From Rozella allomycis CSF55 (lineage: Eukaryota), in NCBI GenBank assembly GCA_000442015.1, contig KE561209.1:431607-495606 (forward strand): a stretch of DNA of 64,000 bases, given 5' to 3'. A program made the translations under genes and the position numbers. The notes under the pieces are model-generated. The model had not been told where the DNA came from, made no database searches, and saw nothing but the letters and a program-made list of their open reading frames with translations. Below, in pieces: positions 1 to 12,823 of this stretch (positions are counted from its first letter, which is position 1; each line of letters starts with the position of its first letter).

Positions 1-460
1 TGGCTATTTCGTAGCTTTCTTGTTTCTTACTATATTGCGGCGTTACAACGTCAATGTTGAATTTGTTAAAACTATTTCTTTTAGCTTGTATCTGCTGATA
101 TACACGTAAGGAGTATTCACAAGAGCCAAAGTATAAAATTCTCATTCAGTGAATTTACAAACCATAAAGATGGGGTTACAAACTTACAATATATTTTTAT
201 TATTTTAATGTACGTAAAATTTATTTTTTTCCTTTCTTCTTTTTCCCTCGGCTGCATATTTGATGCAATAGGATTGGAACGTTTTTAATTAGCTTAAAAT
301 ACATTGGTAATCTTCAAATTCAAAAGGTTGAATCACTTCAAACCACCATTTTAGACCGTTACTTGATTAATGCCTCTTTACCAATGTCGCTCCATGCGCT
401 TATAGTATCTTAATCCTCATAAATTGGATAGTAAGTCGTAAGATAATAGAATAAAACAGA

Positions 461-969
461 TGTCGATTGAGAATGGATTATCCTCCGTTCTATTTATTGA
501 TATCTCCTTTGAGTTTTATATGGTTGATTCTTTCTATAAATAGTATCCTATTTATAGATCTATCATATTAAGAAATCCATATTGAGTCCTCATCAATGAG
601 TATTGAATATGTGTTAGTTATCACTAGACGAACCTTAATAGCTTTATTAAGGTTGTGATCTCTATGCTATCGTCAATGACCTTGGCAGGGTATTGTCTAG
701 CATAACTTATCCATATTGGATCTTCATGAATGAGTATGAAATCTATGTTAGTTATCAATAGAGAAACCTTAATAGCTCTATTAAGGTTGTGAACTCTATG
801 CTATCGTCAATGACCTTGGCAGGGCATTGTCTAGCGTAACTTAAGATTCAGATCCTCAATGGATGGATGTTATCATTGTATTCAGTACTACTGAGAGTAC
901 CTTCAGATATATGTCAGGGAGTTAGTACTTATGCTACCGTCATAGACCCTCTCTGGGCCAGGAATGACA
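461..969 (-). mobile_element. LTR (3' LTR of a minus-strand LTR retrotransposon)
   Basis: Inverted ends TGTC...GACA. A purine tract abuts it on the minus strand. Its sequence recurs at 4361-4391, next to Gypsy integrase sequence, and at 14787-14870. Confidence 0.75.
587..843. repeat. ~134-bp direct tandem duplication inside the LTR
   Basis: 587-709 and 721-843 are near-identical (AACCTTAATAGCT.TATTAAGGTTGTGA..TCTATGCTATCGTCAATGACCTTGGCAGGG). Confidence 0.85.
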
Positions 970-981
970 TTACCCCCTTCC
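970..981 (-). other. Polypurine tract (GGAAGGGGGTAA) preceding the LTR
   Basis: Minus strand reads GGAAGGGGGTAA immediately before TGTCATTCC. Confidence 0.65.
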
Positions 982-1064
982 AGTAGTTGGAAGCGTTTAC
1001 TGATTTTGATATTTCCTATCTGTTTCCATAGTTCCATTCCTGAAAATGTGATTGTTTGAAGTTG

Positions 1065-1160
1065 GTAGATATAATAATGTGTAAGGAAGTATCATTCGGA
1101 ATGATTACTTGATTATATGGGTGTTCATGTGGATATAATAATGTGCAGTGCGAGTATCAT
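1065..1160. repeat. Degenerate ~65-bp minisatellite, array 1
   Basis: GATATAATAATGTG...AGTATCAT units; the same family occurs at 2118-2350. Confidence 0.65.
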
Positions 1161-1344
1161 ANCAGTCCTCTTATAAATTTAGCTGTTGCGTATGCGTATC
1201 GCAAAATGATTTCAGAAACAATTTTCAAAGTTGCATGTCCAACCCTGGTCCTTAAAATAGATACCAAAATTCTATTCCATCGTTGTTTTCAATGATTTGA
1301 GCAAATTCTTTTGATGGTAAATCGTGGACCCCTATCTATTCGCA

Positions 1345-1700
1345 AAGCGGTGGCAACAATNTTTGGCCATTTTATCTGCCTGCGAGTTCATTTAGCTCAA
1401 TGCCGGAGTTTGCATTTACTTTAACCAATGTTGTTGCGGCCTGGCGTTCCGCTAGTAGTTTACGGAGTAGCAGGCGGATGCCCAAATTGTTTGTTTTCAA
1501 CAGTTCCCGGTTAGTTTGGGGCTGTTGGAGGCGTTTTATTATTTCCATAGTTGTCGCCGAATCAGTGTGGATTGTGAGGGGCCAGTTGATTGGGCTGAAC
1601 CATCGGTATAAGCTAATGTGTCCACCACCGGAAGTTTGGCAGGTGCGCACGAAGTAATTGAAGGGCATAGTTGTTGCCGGCGTTTAGGTATCGGTCTTGC
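1345..1700 (-). pseudogene. RNase H domain fragment, probably from a non-LTR retrotransposon
   Basis: LAYTDGS in one frame, then TIHTDS...LVKVNANSGIELNELA in another. These are RNase HI motifs separated by a frameshift or deletion. Confidence 0.6.
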
Positions 1701-2117
1701 TATCATCCTCTGTTGTAGCCTTGAGGAACCGTACATATTGNAGTCAGCAACATCAGAGCAGCCTTCTGTGGAGACTTTGTCCTTGTAGGTCTTGTTGCCG
1801 AGTGCGAGTTGAACGAAATGAAGCGTCATTTTCAAAGTTGAGGTATAACTACTAAATTACTTAAACCTTATCTTAGACTTTACTTTTTGTTTGTTAAACA
1901 ACATTTTTTCCAGGTGTATCTGCATTCGTGAAAGCAGCTTATAAAACCATAAGTAGGTGAGTAGGTGAACCCAAATAAAAGAGTAGTTAAACTTTATGGC
2001 CTGTATTTTGTTTTAATTGTTTTATTCATTTTGATGCTTTATTTATTGTGATGATGTTTCACCCTGCGCTGCTTTTAGCGTCCATTCATACACTAAAAAC
2101 ATTNATTTGTAGTATAT

Positions 2118-2350
2118 ATAGATAATAATGTGCAGCCAAGGATCATACGGGATGATTACTTGATTATTATGTGTATATTTATTGTTAGTGGATATAATAA
2201 TGTGTAAGCAAGTATCACTCAAAGGGATCACTTGATTATAATATGGGTTTTCATGTGGATATAATCATGTGCAGGGCGAATATCATGCGGCATGGCTAAC
2301 TCGATTATTATATTTGATTATTCGCAAGGATAAAAATGTGTAAGCGCAAT
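2118..2350. repeat. Degenerate ~65-bp minisatellite, array 2
   Basis: About 4 diverged GGATATAATAATGTG..ATCA..GAT.ACTTGATTAT units. Confidence 0.65.
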
Positions 2351-2365
2351 TATGACTCGGAGTGN

Positions 2366-2668
2366 GTTATACCCCACTCCTCCAGTCGCACCAATAATTA
2401 AAATTAATCATCCTCTTTACCCGCCAACATCATAGTCCAAGCACTTAGTTGATCTTTACTTTCCACACGATGCATTCTTGTGAAATGACCCATCATAGAT
2501 TCGTATATCGCAAACCATGCTGCACAGCCTATACTTTCTTAAACGTTATATTACCAACGGTCTCTCGTAACATTGTTCCCAAATGCCCGCTATACATTCC
2601 ACTCAATCCACCTCGTTTAACAATATTCTTAAAGCAATCAAATGATCCCCTATGTTCAACTTTGCTAA
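2366..2668 (-). CDS. Internal fragment of a mitochondrial carrier gene (ornithine/carnitine carrier-like), bounded by Ns
   Basis: Spliced translation RGSFDCFKNIVKRGGLSGMYSGHLGTMLRETVG-CAAWFAIYE...WTMMLAGATGGVGYN, with two short introns. Confidence 0.75.
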
Positions 2669-2779
2669 NGTCTTCAACCTTAATCTACCTGTCGCGGCTT
2701 TTCCAAGCTGACGATCCTATGCTGATTTCGTCTTTTTTCCCAGTATTTTTGAATCGGTCTATTATCATGGAAGTCTTCT

Positions 2780-3900
2780 TCTTGAACTCACTCGTTATGG
2801 GAGTCATCTAGATTCTTCCATTGCACCAAGTATTTATCTTTATTGTTATTCATTCTCCTATGTTGTAGGATCTTTTCCAATTTGTGTGCAGAAGTGTCTA
2901 TATTCGGGATTATCCCCTTAAAAGGTTTTAAGACATGAGGAGGTCTAGTGTATAAAGTTCCATCTGATCCTAGTAAGATGTATGCCCCTCCTTTGTTTCG
3001 TCTTACAATTTTGAATGTCCCTGTGTAGAAGGGTTCTGATTTCTTAGACCCCCTGTGTCTGGATATTCTGTTGACTTCGGGATATACAATCTGTCTCATG
3101 TAATTGAGTCTCTGTATCAACTCTTTTTCAGATATTTCTTGAAGAGTTGTTTCATTATTGAAATCTTTGAAGTAATTCGGTCTTCTCGCGATCATTAAAG
3201 AAAATGGAGTGGACTTGGTTGTGTCGGACAGTCTCAAGTTTAGTATGTATTGAGTCTGATCAATAAAATAATCCCATTCTGTATCTTTTCCTCTCAAATT
3301 CTTGTAGAATGTATTCGCTACTGTCCCAATAAACCTTTCTGCTATTCCATTAGCTCAAGGGTTGTACGGTGTGATGAACCTTTGATTAATGTTTGATAAT
3401 TTCATCATTTCGGAAATGATTCTATTAAGAAATTCTCGACCGTTGTCCGGTCGAATGCTCTTTGGGAACCCAAATTAAATTCACAAAACAGAGAAAACAA
3501 TGTGGTTGCTATTGTTCTCATTTCCTTATCTTGTAGGGCTCTAAGAAATATAAATCTTGTACAAGTGTCAACTATAAGTAACAGTTACTTTTTTTTCTTT
3601 TGGATAATGGAAATTTTTTCAAGTCCATAGAGACCTCGGCGAATGGTTACATACAAGTTGTGGAATTCAACGGATGAAATCCAATTGTTCCTATGTTGAA
3701 CCTCTGACAGTGACAGCCTATGCATTTCTGGACTAATTTTTCACAGTCATATCTGATGGATGGCCATTTGAAGCCCTTCGACCTTATCTGCGTCACCAAT
3801 GATTTCTCCCCAAAATGTCCTATTTCATGAGCTTGTTTAATTAGATTTTCTCGTTGTTCCAGAGTTGGATTTTGTAAAGAATCCTCCTGGAGGGTTTCAA
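2780..3900 (-). pseudogene. Gypsy integrase (zinc finger, DDE core, GPY/F) plus C-terminal chromodomain
   Basis: AHEIGHFG...C..C; PFYTGTFKIV; LEKILQHRR...YLVQWKNLDDSHNE. Confidence 0.85.
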
Positions 3901-5799
3901 CAATTTTAATCTCCTTGATCGGAATGTTGATCTGTGAAATGTCTCTCACTTCCTGTTGAAACTCTAGCTCTGTATAATTGAAAAATTCAATGTTTTTGTT
4001 TTGCTTTTCTTTTGTATCAATTGTTCACACTACATATTGATTGTATGAAGGAATGTTTCTATTCATCTTCACAAATGTTTCTTCACTAGTCATGATTATT
4101 ATTGGATTCGAGATTGCGTATCCCTTTAACAATTTAGACCAAGATTCACTTTCTTTCATCGGTGTTAAAAGTGATCCCTTTGATTTATCCATGATTAATT
4201 TCACTAGACGTTGGTGAATAAGATCTTCCTTGGGTTCTGTCCAAATAACTTCTTTTGCTAGTGTTGGTTTGAAACATTCTTTTTCATTGATGCAGAAAAC
4301 AGGTAGCATGTTATTTCCAGGATTAGCCAAGAGCTCTATAGAGAAGGGTCCCCTATGTNCTTATCCTCCGTTCTATTTATTGATATCTCCTACCATTAGC
4401 TCTAGGGTTATATGGTGTGATGAACCTCTGATTAATGTTGGATAATTTCATCATTTCGGAAATGATTATATTAGGAAATTCTCGACCGTTATCCGATCGA
4501 ACGCTCCTTGGGAACCCGAATTCACAAAACAGAGAAAACAATGTTGCCGCTATTGTGTTCATTTCTTTATCTTGTAGGGCTCTTAGACTTGTACAGGTAT
4601 CAACTATAAGTAATAGATACATATTCTTTCTTTTGGATAATGGGAATTCTTTCAAGTCCATAGANGGAAATGATTATATTAGGAAATTCTCGACCGTTAT
4701 CCGATCGAACGCTCCTTGGGAACCCGAATTCACAAAACAGAGAAAACAATGTTGCCGCTATTGTGTTCATTTCTTTATCTTGTAGGGCTCTTAGACTTGT
4801 ACAGGTATCAACTATAAGTAATAGATACATATTCTTTCTTTTGGATAATGGGAATTCTTTCAAGTCCATAGAGACCTCGTCGAATGGTAACATACAAGTT
4901 GTGGAATTCAACGGATGAAATCCAATTGTTCCTATGTTGAACCTCTGACAGTGACAGCCTATGCATTTCTGGACTAATTTTTCACAGTCATATCTGATGG
5001 ATGGCCATTTGAAGCCCTTCGACCTTATCTGCGTNGACAATGTTAATCTTCGTGATCGGAATGTTAATCTGTGATATGTTTCTCACTTCGTGTTGGAACT
5101 CCAGCTCTGTATAATAAATAAATTCAACGTTCTTGCTTTTCTTTTCTTTTGTATCAATCGTCCATACTATATATTGATTGTAAGAAGGAGTGTTCCGATC
5201 CAACTTAAGAAATGTTTCTTCATTAGTTGTGATGTCTATTGGATTGGAAATTGTATACGCCTTTAACAATTTAAACCAGGTTTCGTTTTCCTTCAACGGT
5301 TGTTAAAATTGATCCTTTTGTTTTATCCATGATAAGTTTCACTAGAAGTTTGTTTATAAGATCTTTCTTGGGTTCTGCCCAAATAACTTCTTTTCCTAAT
5401 GGTAATTTGAAACATTCNAAGAATGTTTCATCATTAGTTGTGATGACTATTGGATCGGAAATTGTATACTCTTTCAACAATTTAAACCAAGTTTCGTTTT
5501 CCTTCAACGGAGTTAAAATTGATCCTTTTGTTTTATCCATAATTAGTTTCACTAGAAGTTTGTGTATAAGTTCTTCTTTGGGTTCTGCCCAAATAACTTC
5601 TTTTCCTAATGGTAATTTGAAACATTCCTTCTCATTAATGCAGATCACAGGTAGTTGTTATTTCCAGGATTAGCTAAGAGCTCCATAGAGAATCAGAAAG
5701 GTCCCCTATGTTTTTCAATCCTTCTGCAGATCCTGTCTGATAACATCAAGGGTTGTTAACAAGTCCTTCTGCTTTATGTATTTTCATGATCATAGGTTG

Positions 5800-8100
5800 T
5801 TCACCTTCATTCAAAGGACTAGCGTCGTAAATTCGACTTAGTCTGTCAGGGAGAATATTTAGTATTCCCGGCCTGTGTATGATTTGGAAATCATACTACA
5901 GTAATAACGCCATCCAATTGTTCATCATGGCATTGACATGCTTTTGTGTAAAAAGAAAAGCAAGAGCTCGATGATCTGTATATAGGGTAAAATGGCTTTC
6001 ATAAACATAGTTATAAAAGTTCTTTAAGGAAAATATAGTTCCCGCTAATTCTCTCTTCGTTGCAATGTAGTTTCCTTCTCCTTGAGTTAATGCTCTTGAA
6101 GCAAAACAAACATATTGATCTTCGCCATCCTCTTGCTGATAAAACACGGCTCCGAGGCCTCTGCTGGAAGCATCAGTGGCAACAGTAAAAGGTTTGTTAA
6201 AATTTGGATGCCTTAGCATTATTTGACTCCAGAGGACATCTCAAATTGTGTCATATATTCTCTGATATTCTCCTCTAAACCACTTTCTTAGCCGTTCGTT
6301 CGCAATTTATTAAATGGTTGTGTGAGCATGGAATAATTTGGTATCATGTCTCTGAAGAAATTAAAGAATCCCAGCTGCTCAATCATATGACCATTGACTG
6401 GTACTTCCCAGTCATCCATTATTNTCATAAACATAGTTATAAAAGTTCTTTAAGGAAAATATAGTTCCCGCTAATTCTCTCTTCGTTGCACTGTAGTTTC
6501 CTTCTCCTTGAGTTAATGCTCTTGAAGCAAAACAAACATATTGATCTTCGCCATCCTCTTGCTGATNGAAAATCCTGTCCGATAACATCAATGGGTTGTC
6601 TATAAATCCTTCATCTTTATATATTTTCATGATCTTAGGTTTTTCATTTTCTTCCAAAGGACTAGCGTCGTAAATCCGACTTAATTTGTCAGATAGAATG
6701 TTTATTATTCCCGGTCTGTGTATGACTTGGAATTCAAACTCCAATCATAAGTCTATCCAACTATTCATCATGGCATTGACATGCTTTTGTGTGAAAAGAA
6801 ACCGCAAGAGCTCGATGATCTGCATATAAGGTAATTTGGCTTCCATAAACCTAGTTATGAAACTTTGTTAAGGCAAAATAATTCCCGCTAATTCTCTCTT
6901 CGTTGTACTGTAGTTNGCATTAATGGGTTGTTAACAAGCCCTTCTTCTTTATGTATTTTCATGATCTTAGGTTGTTCACCTTCTTTTAAAGGACTTGCAT
7001 CGTAAATCCGACTTAATCTGTCAGGAAGAATATTTAGTATTCCTGGCCTGTGTATGATTTGGAAATCATACTCCAGCAATATATCCATCCAACTGTTCAT
7101 CATGGCGTTAACATGCTTTTGTGTGAAAAGAAAAGCAAGAGCTCGATGATCCGTATATAGGGTAAAATGGTTTCCATANAATTTCCTAGCTTTTCGCAAT
7201 TAATCTAGTGGTTGTGTAAGCATGGAATAATTTGGTCTCATATCTCTGAAGAAACTGACGAATCCCAGCTGTTGTTTAATCATATGACCATTGATTGAAA
7301 CTTCCCAATCATCCATGATTAATAGCTTTTCCGGCACAATAGTAATTCCATTTCTGTATATGTTGAATCTGAGAACATGTTCTCCAACCCGTGATATTAC
7401 CAGCTACATCCTNATGAGTTAGTGCTCTTGAGGCAAAACAAACATACTGATCTTCACCATTCTCTTGCTGATAAAGCACAGCCCCGAGGCCTCTGCTTGA
7501 AGCATCTGTGGCAACAATAAAAGGTTCGTTAAANGTAGACGGTGTGCAATCTGGTATTGTTTCTTGAAGGCTGGAGGGTTGTCGCCTGTATCGATCCTTA
7601 TAAATGCATTAGGAAGCGTAAAACATCCTTTTATGGATTGATTGATCCTTAATAGGGGCTCTAAATGATCTTTCAAATGATCGGCATATGCCTCAGTAAG
7701 AAAATCGAAGTAGGTTGAATTNCATGATTAAGAGCTTTTCCGGCACAATAGTAATTCCATTTCTGTCTATTTTGAATCTGAGAACATGTTCTCCAACCCG
7801 TGATATTACCAGCTACATCCTTCTTGGCTACAACGACTATTCCATTCAGAATGCCCATTCAGCTCCTTAATCAAACTATCTTTCTTCCATTTTTCAACTT
7901 GTGAGGTAACTATCCGTCTTAGACGGTGTGCCATCTGATATTGTTTTTTGAAGGCTGAAAGGTTGTCACCTGTATCGATTCTTATAAAAGCGTTTGGAAG
8001 TGTACAGAATCCCGTTATGGATTGATTGATTTCAAATAGGGATTTTAGGTGATCATTCAAATGATCGGCATATGCCTCAGTAAGAAAATCGAAGTAGTTT
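5800..8100 (-). pseudogene. Gypsy RT/RNase H fragments (several copies)
   Basis: ORFs 5896-6219, 6412-6744, 6888-7199, 7419-7676 and 7806-8060 carry RT and RNase H motifs. Confidence 0.85.
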
Positions 8101-9329
8101 GAATGAATTTGTTCTATTTCCTCTCAGAATTAGATTGTTTGTTGAAGGTGTGGTTTAGGACCAGTGTTTCCCTTCTCTTTAATATCTTCCTTGGCTACTT
8201 GGCTCCTGCTTGTCATTTGAAAAATAGACTCGGAGTCCTTCAAACGACAATTCAAAGCTTAGACATTGTATCCAGTCCTAGGACGATATTAATGGTAGTG
8301 CCATTATTGTCGCCCATTTTAAGGACCTCAACGCGATGCTTAATATTCTTTTCCCTTTTTCGTAAGGTTGTGCACATTTGTCACAGAGATTCTTGACAAA
8401 AACTATTCTGGTTTCTCTTCTCCTCCGTTTTCCCTGAGTTATTTCCCTTCCGCCCTTGCGCGCTCTACAGTCCTCACTGTTATGTCGGACTCTTGGATTT
8501 CAAGGTGTCTACCTCTGGGGTCAGGTCCCCTTCGTTCTCGTCTTAGTCGACTTCGTCGATAGAGTCCATCTCCATTACGTCGCCCGCTTCTCTTTCAGTA
8601 GGTAGATGTTCTACCGGCACTTCTATTGAAAAGGTTGAATCAGGTGTAGATTCGCTCATCCTTTTGTTTACGTGGTTACCCTGGCTCGTATCACTAGGGC
8701 AATAAGAGATCTGGAAATTTAGTAATTCCTCTCTCGGTTACCTTATTTAAAGTAATTTCTCTTACTTGTCCAACTTTCTAATGAATGGATGGATGGATGT
8801 CTTAAGAGATGAAAGTAAGATGAATTAAAACCAATCAAATAGAGATTGAGGTAGAAACGANCTTTCACTACAGTCATTTCCAGTGTAAAAACAGAAATAA
8901 ATAGAGTGTAGCACATAAACGGGGCTCTTCGCGAATTAGAAATCAGGATTCTTTAAATGTTTTTTGATTCATCGTTTTGCTTTCAAACATATTGCGAATA
9001 CATTGACCTTTTTTGTTGAACACGTATAAAGGGCTGTTTCATGTTGCTCCGTCTCTGCTTTGATCCTTGCAGAAAAGGGGTAATTTAATAAATTTCCTTA
9101 ATTTTTTAAGGAAATTTGCTCCGCTTTCTAGCGGAACAAAATCATCTCCGCCACAAAGCGGAGCATCTACGCTTTCTCTCCTTTTGCACACCAAGCAATA
9201 ATTTTTTAGACATATTATATTAAAATATTTTTGATCACATTTTTCAACTTTTGGCAGCTCCAGATCGTTGTTAATTGCATAAAATTAGTTTGTTTTGTAT
9301 TTATTGAGTTGAGTCATAATTTGAAAACT

Positions 9330-10490
9330 GCGTTTGGTTCTACTAGTGTTAAAATTGACAAGTTGGTAACCATGATGGCTTTAAGTAAACTAGATGGAAA
9401 TTTTTATCATATTCGTAATTTGCTTGAAACATGGGACACGCATTTGACAATCGATGATATAGAAAGAAGATTGCTAAATGAAAGAATCANCAATTCGGAA
9501 ACATGGATGGGGTTCGAAACATGCACCTAGACGTCCTAAAGCATCATAGTTTGCCACTATACCACCGGACAGTCTGAAGTAAGATTATCGATTCTACTTT
9601 TCGATGTTGCAATAACGAAGAATTTCTGATATTTTTGATGCTTCATTAGGCTTTAAAACTAGTTTTTACTGACCTATATATTTTTGCATCCAGTCGGTCT
9701 CATACGATAGACGATACTTACCATCTTCAGGTTTTATCAATGCGAGAAATATGACGTTTTAATGCGAGCGAATCGAGTNCGGGTACACACTTGGTGTCCC
9801 TAGGTCAGGTCAAGACCAAATACAACTTGCATGTAGCTAACGTGCGTATAAATTGTACTCAAAATGGATGGGTTATTGGGGCTCATGTTTTTGAACATAA
9901 TCATCCTCCATTAAAAGAAGTTAACGTTGACGTATTAAATAAATCTGCTTCTGAAGCTTATATGTCTTTTCTGTGCGAACTGCGAGTCTGGTTCGAATAT
10001 TCATTTGACAAAAACTTTATCGTGTATTACTAATACTAGGCCTTCGAACATTACTAACTCTACTGCTGGTCAGTCTACAATATCAACAAAGTCAGTAGGA
10101 AGGTTGANTAGAGTCAGTCTACAATATCAACAAAGTCAGTAGGAAGGTTGAACTCTGTCTCAAACATAGAATTTGTTCATTATTGACCTCAAGTATCAAA
10201 GTCTATTATTAGTGCAGGAAGATTGTGTGACGCGGGAAGTATTGCTATACTAAATGAAAAACGTTGTTATGTATTGAAGACAAAAGATGAGATAATTGGT
10301 GCTATTGGGAATATTATTGACTCAAGTTCGTCTCAGAATTTATTGATTTTGCAAGGTTATAGAAGCTCAAGTGATTCATTGTATAGAATTGATTTGCCCC
10401 TTGTACATGGTGAGACATATTCTGCCTATACTTCACACCAACCAAATAAGCTAACCTTATCTGAACTTCAATATAGATTTAGGCTAAAGG
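9330..10490 (+). mobile_element. Ty1/Copia remnants (gag UBN2-like and pre-integrase region)
   Basis: MMALSKLDGNFYHIRNLLE...LTIDDIERRLLNE; KSIISAGRLCDAG...ILQGYR..SLYRIDL...LSELQYRF. Confidence 0.65.
9791..10033 (+). pseudogene. Possible FAR1/MULE-type transposase fragment
   Basis: W-V-x-HNHP motif (GWVIGAHVFEHNHP) only. Confidence 0.3.
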
Positions 10491-11709
10491 ATATTACACC
10501 CCGGGTGCTAGCACACCCCATAGGTGAAACGAAATATGCTTGGTTGAATGGAATGGCAAGTAATGCGCATCACTGGTGCGAGTTAAATCCATTTCGGCTG
10601 AGTGAAAACTTTAAAATAGATTACTTTCGAGAAATCTACGTTTTTTTTAATATTTAATTATTTGGTGTGAGACTTTTGGATGATACTAAATCAGCTGGTA
10701 CAGGTAGGATGTTGGGGAGTTGGTATTTTCGCATCGTTACGAACGTCAAGAATATTCCGGTTTGATTTAGTAGTCACTGGTGCGAACATTCTGGGCTTAT
10801 ATGCTAACATATTCCTCTCTACATTTTGTCCTCTTTGAGTTTGATTTTTCTGAATATTCTTGAATAGGATGGACCGATGGTAATAATATCCTTTATATGC
10901 ATTACATGCGACATAATCTGAGTGTGTATAGATTACCAGGTTCACCCGATTTCTTAAATTTTGTAGGTAATTTTGAAATCGATTTTTTGACGATGTGATC
11001 CTACATCCTTAATAAATACGATTTTTGAATTATTTGTATATATTTAAAAAGAAATATCTACACTTTTTTTCGGAATAATCCAAGTTCAAAAATGGGTTAC
11101 CTATCAAGGCTTGGGCTGAAAAACTGAAAAATAGAGCCAACAAAATTTCCAAGTACTCATCCACCGAATGGCAACAGGCATTTCGAAACTACACAAACAG
11201 AATCAAAACAGAACCACCGAATAAACAGATGCTTTACGACAATAACAATTTTGACTTTGAAGTTGCTGAAGATTTATGATAATGTGAGTACTGAATGCGA
11301 GGAAGATTCCTTTTCCTATAATAGAAAGCAACAAGCCGAGCGATTGCGTTGGATATCATTTATCAATCAAGCCAGATATTCAGAAGTAAAACATGCAGCG
11401 GTAGAGCATGTTCTATCTTTGACTGACATGAACCTGCAAATTGCCGATGTTCATCCTGCCTATTAAATCCCGTTTTCTGTAACAGTCATGGTTCATTGCA
11501 TGTGAGTAATATGATGATGTGCTTAGTAGTAAATAAAAAGCAAGAATTATCAATATATCAATTGCACGGAACGGAGTCTGTGAAGAATTTTCTTTTGGCC
11601 ACCGTAAACGGTTGGAATTACGTGTTGACGATGCCCGTTGACGAATTACTTGCGCTCAGCTTCTTCGGGGAATCTGACTGTTGCGTTTCATTGAGCATTG
11701 TTGGAATCG

Positions 11710-12290
11710 GGGTGGGCAATGTACCTAAGGGGTTATAACCCTTGTCAGCATGATAAATATTTAGGAAAAGATAGGAGCCAGTTTCCGGTATCATTGTTCT
11801 CACGGCCAAACAGGCCAACATGGCTCGTACCAGACACATCCACGGCTCAGAGTTGTTTGCGTGACGGAAGAATGTTGGTTCACCTAATAATGACTTTGCA
11901 GCAATGTACCTCCTGCTTAAAGTGGTTTTCTGTAATTTAAAACGAGTGTCATGGTACTAATTTAAAATGCGGTAAAATTAATATGTCTCGTTTCAATTTG
12001 AAGCACTTCCTGTATGTTAAAAAAACGATGAAACGTTATGACTGCCAGACAGCGAAATGCGAGAGGTAAGGCCTGCGTTCTCAATAATAGATCGGTACGA
12101 TATTTCAAAAACCACGCTTTTAGATCTTGAGAATTAATGTTGATGTTGCGCTCGTAGTCTTGCTGCTCTCGTGATTTTGCCCTTTTGATTTTTAAAGAGA
12201 TCATGTTGTGATAAAGTATTTGCATAGGCATGGATTGCCTATGTTGGCATTCTTTAACTTTATGTACATCTCCGAGCCTATAGGTCTTAA
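11710..12290 (-). pseudogene. Degenerate tyrosine recombinase (DIRS/Crypton-like)
   Basis: GNPCL..., MISLKIKRAKSRE..., FHRFFNIQEVLQI, LVLNYRK, EPWMCLVRAMLA..GSYLF. These resemble fungal transposon tyrosine recombinase motifs; stops and frameshifts are present. Confidence 0.6.
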
Positions 12291-12791
12291 GAAATCCATG
12301 ACGTACTATTCTAGATTTATGACTATTGGAACATTCGTAGACTGGTTAGAATCATGATTTCCAGAAAATTTCCTGGACTCCCCAAAGGTTCGTTTCAACA
12401 CCGATCGAGAGTTTTTAGAAATGCATGTCAGAGTTATCTTGAAAACATTACATAAAAGATCGACGCACTATTTGGGACCAGTATATGAGTAAAAACTGTC
12501 AGGACCCCCAAAAGGGAGTTTCAACAGAGCGTTTTTACAAATGATTGTCAGATTTATGTTAAAACCATCGCATAGGTCATCAACGCAGATACAAGAAACA
12601 CCTTTCGGAACCCTAAAGTAAGAAATGTATGATATCGAGGAAGTCTTCGAATTGTGCAAAAAAGGTAATTCCTATGACTGAAGATGTCGAAACTGTTGCC
12701 GCCATGTGCCCAATTCCAAGGGTTGTGCCATGATACACATAATAGCTATCCTGACTACAGGCGTCATCTGTATGTTTTGTGTGGCTATGGC

Positions 12792-12823
12792 ATGAAATGA
12801 AATGAAATGAAATGAAATGAAAT
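12792..12823. repeat. (ATGAA)n microsatellite
   Basis: About 6 perfect pentamer units. Confidence 0.9.

Larger units (their letters stand above)
2670..8860 (-). mobile_element. Collapsed, N-joined fragments of several diverged copies of a Ty3/Gypsy chromovirus
   Basis: RT start (IDTGDNPPAFKKQYQIAHRL, VVVAKKD), RNase H (TDASSRGLGAV, YSATKRELA, TDHRAL, HRPGI.NIL.D.LSR), integrase H2C2 and DDE core (SDNGREF, TPYNPRANG), chromodomain. Many frameshifts and duplicated segments. Confidence 0.93.

Noticed and set aside
2118-2350. CRISPR-like repeat/spacer array
   Set aside because: The repeats are degenerate, the spacers are related to each other, the context is eukaryotic and there are no cas genes.
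2366-2668. Host gene captured by the retrotransposon
   Set aside because: The fragment is flanked by Ns on both sides and keeps its introns, so adjacency is unproven.
4360-5035. Exact tandem duplication of integrase sequence
   Set aside because: The copies are separated by single Ns and overlap identically, consistent with a scaffolding artefact of collapsed repeats.
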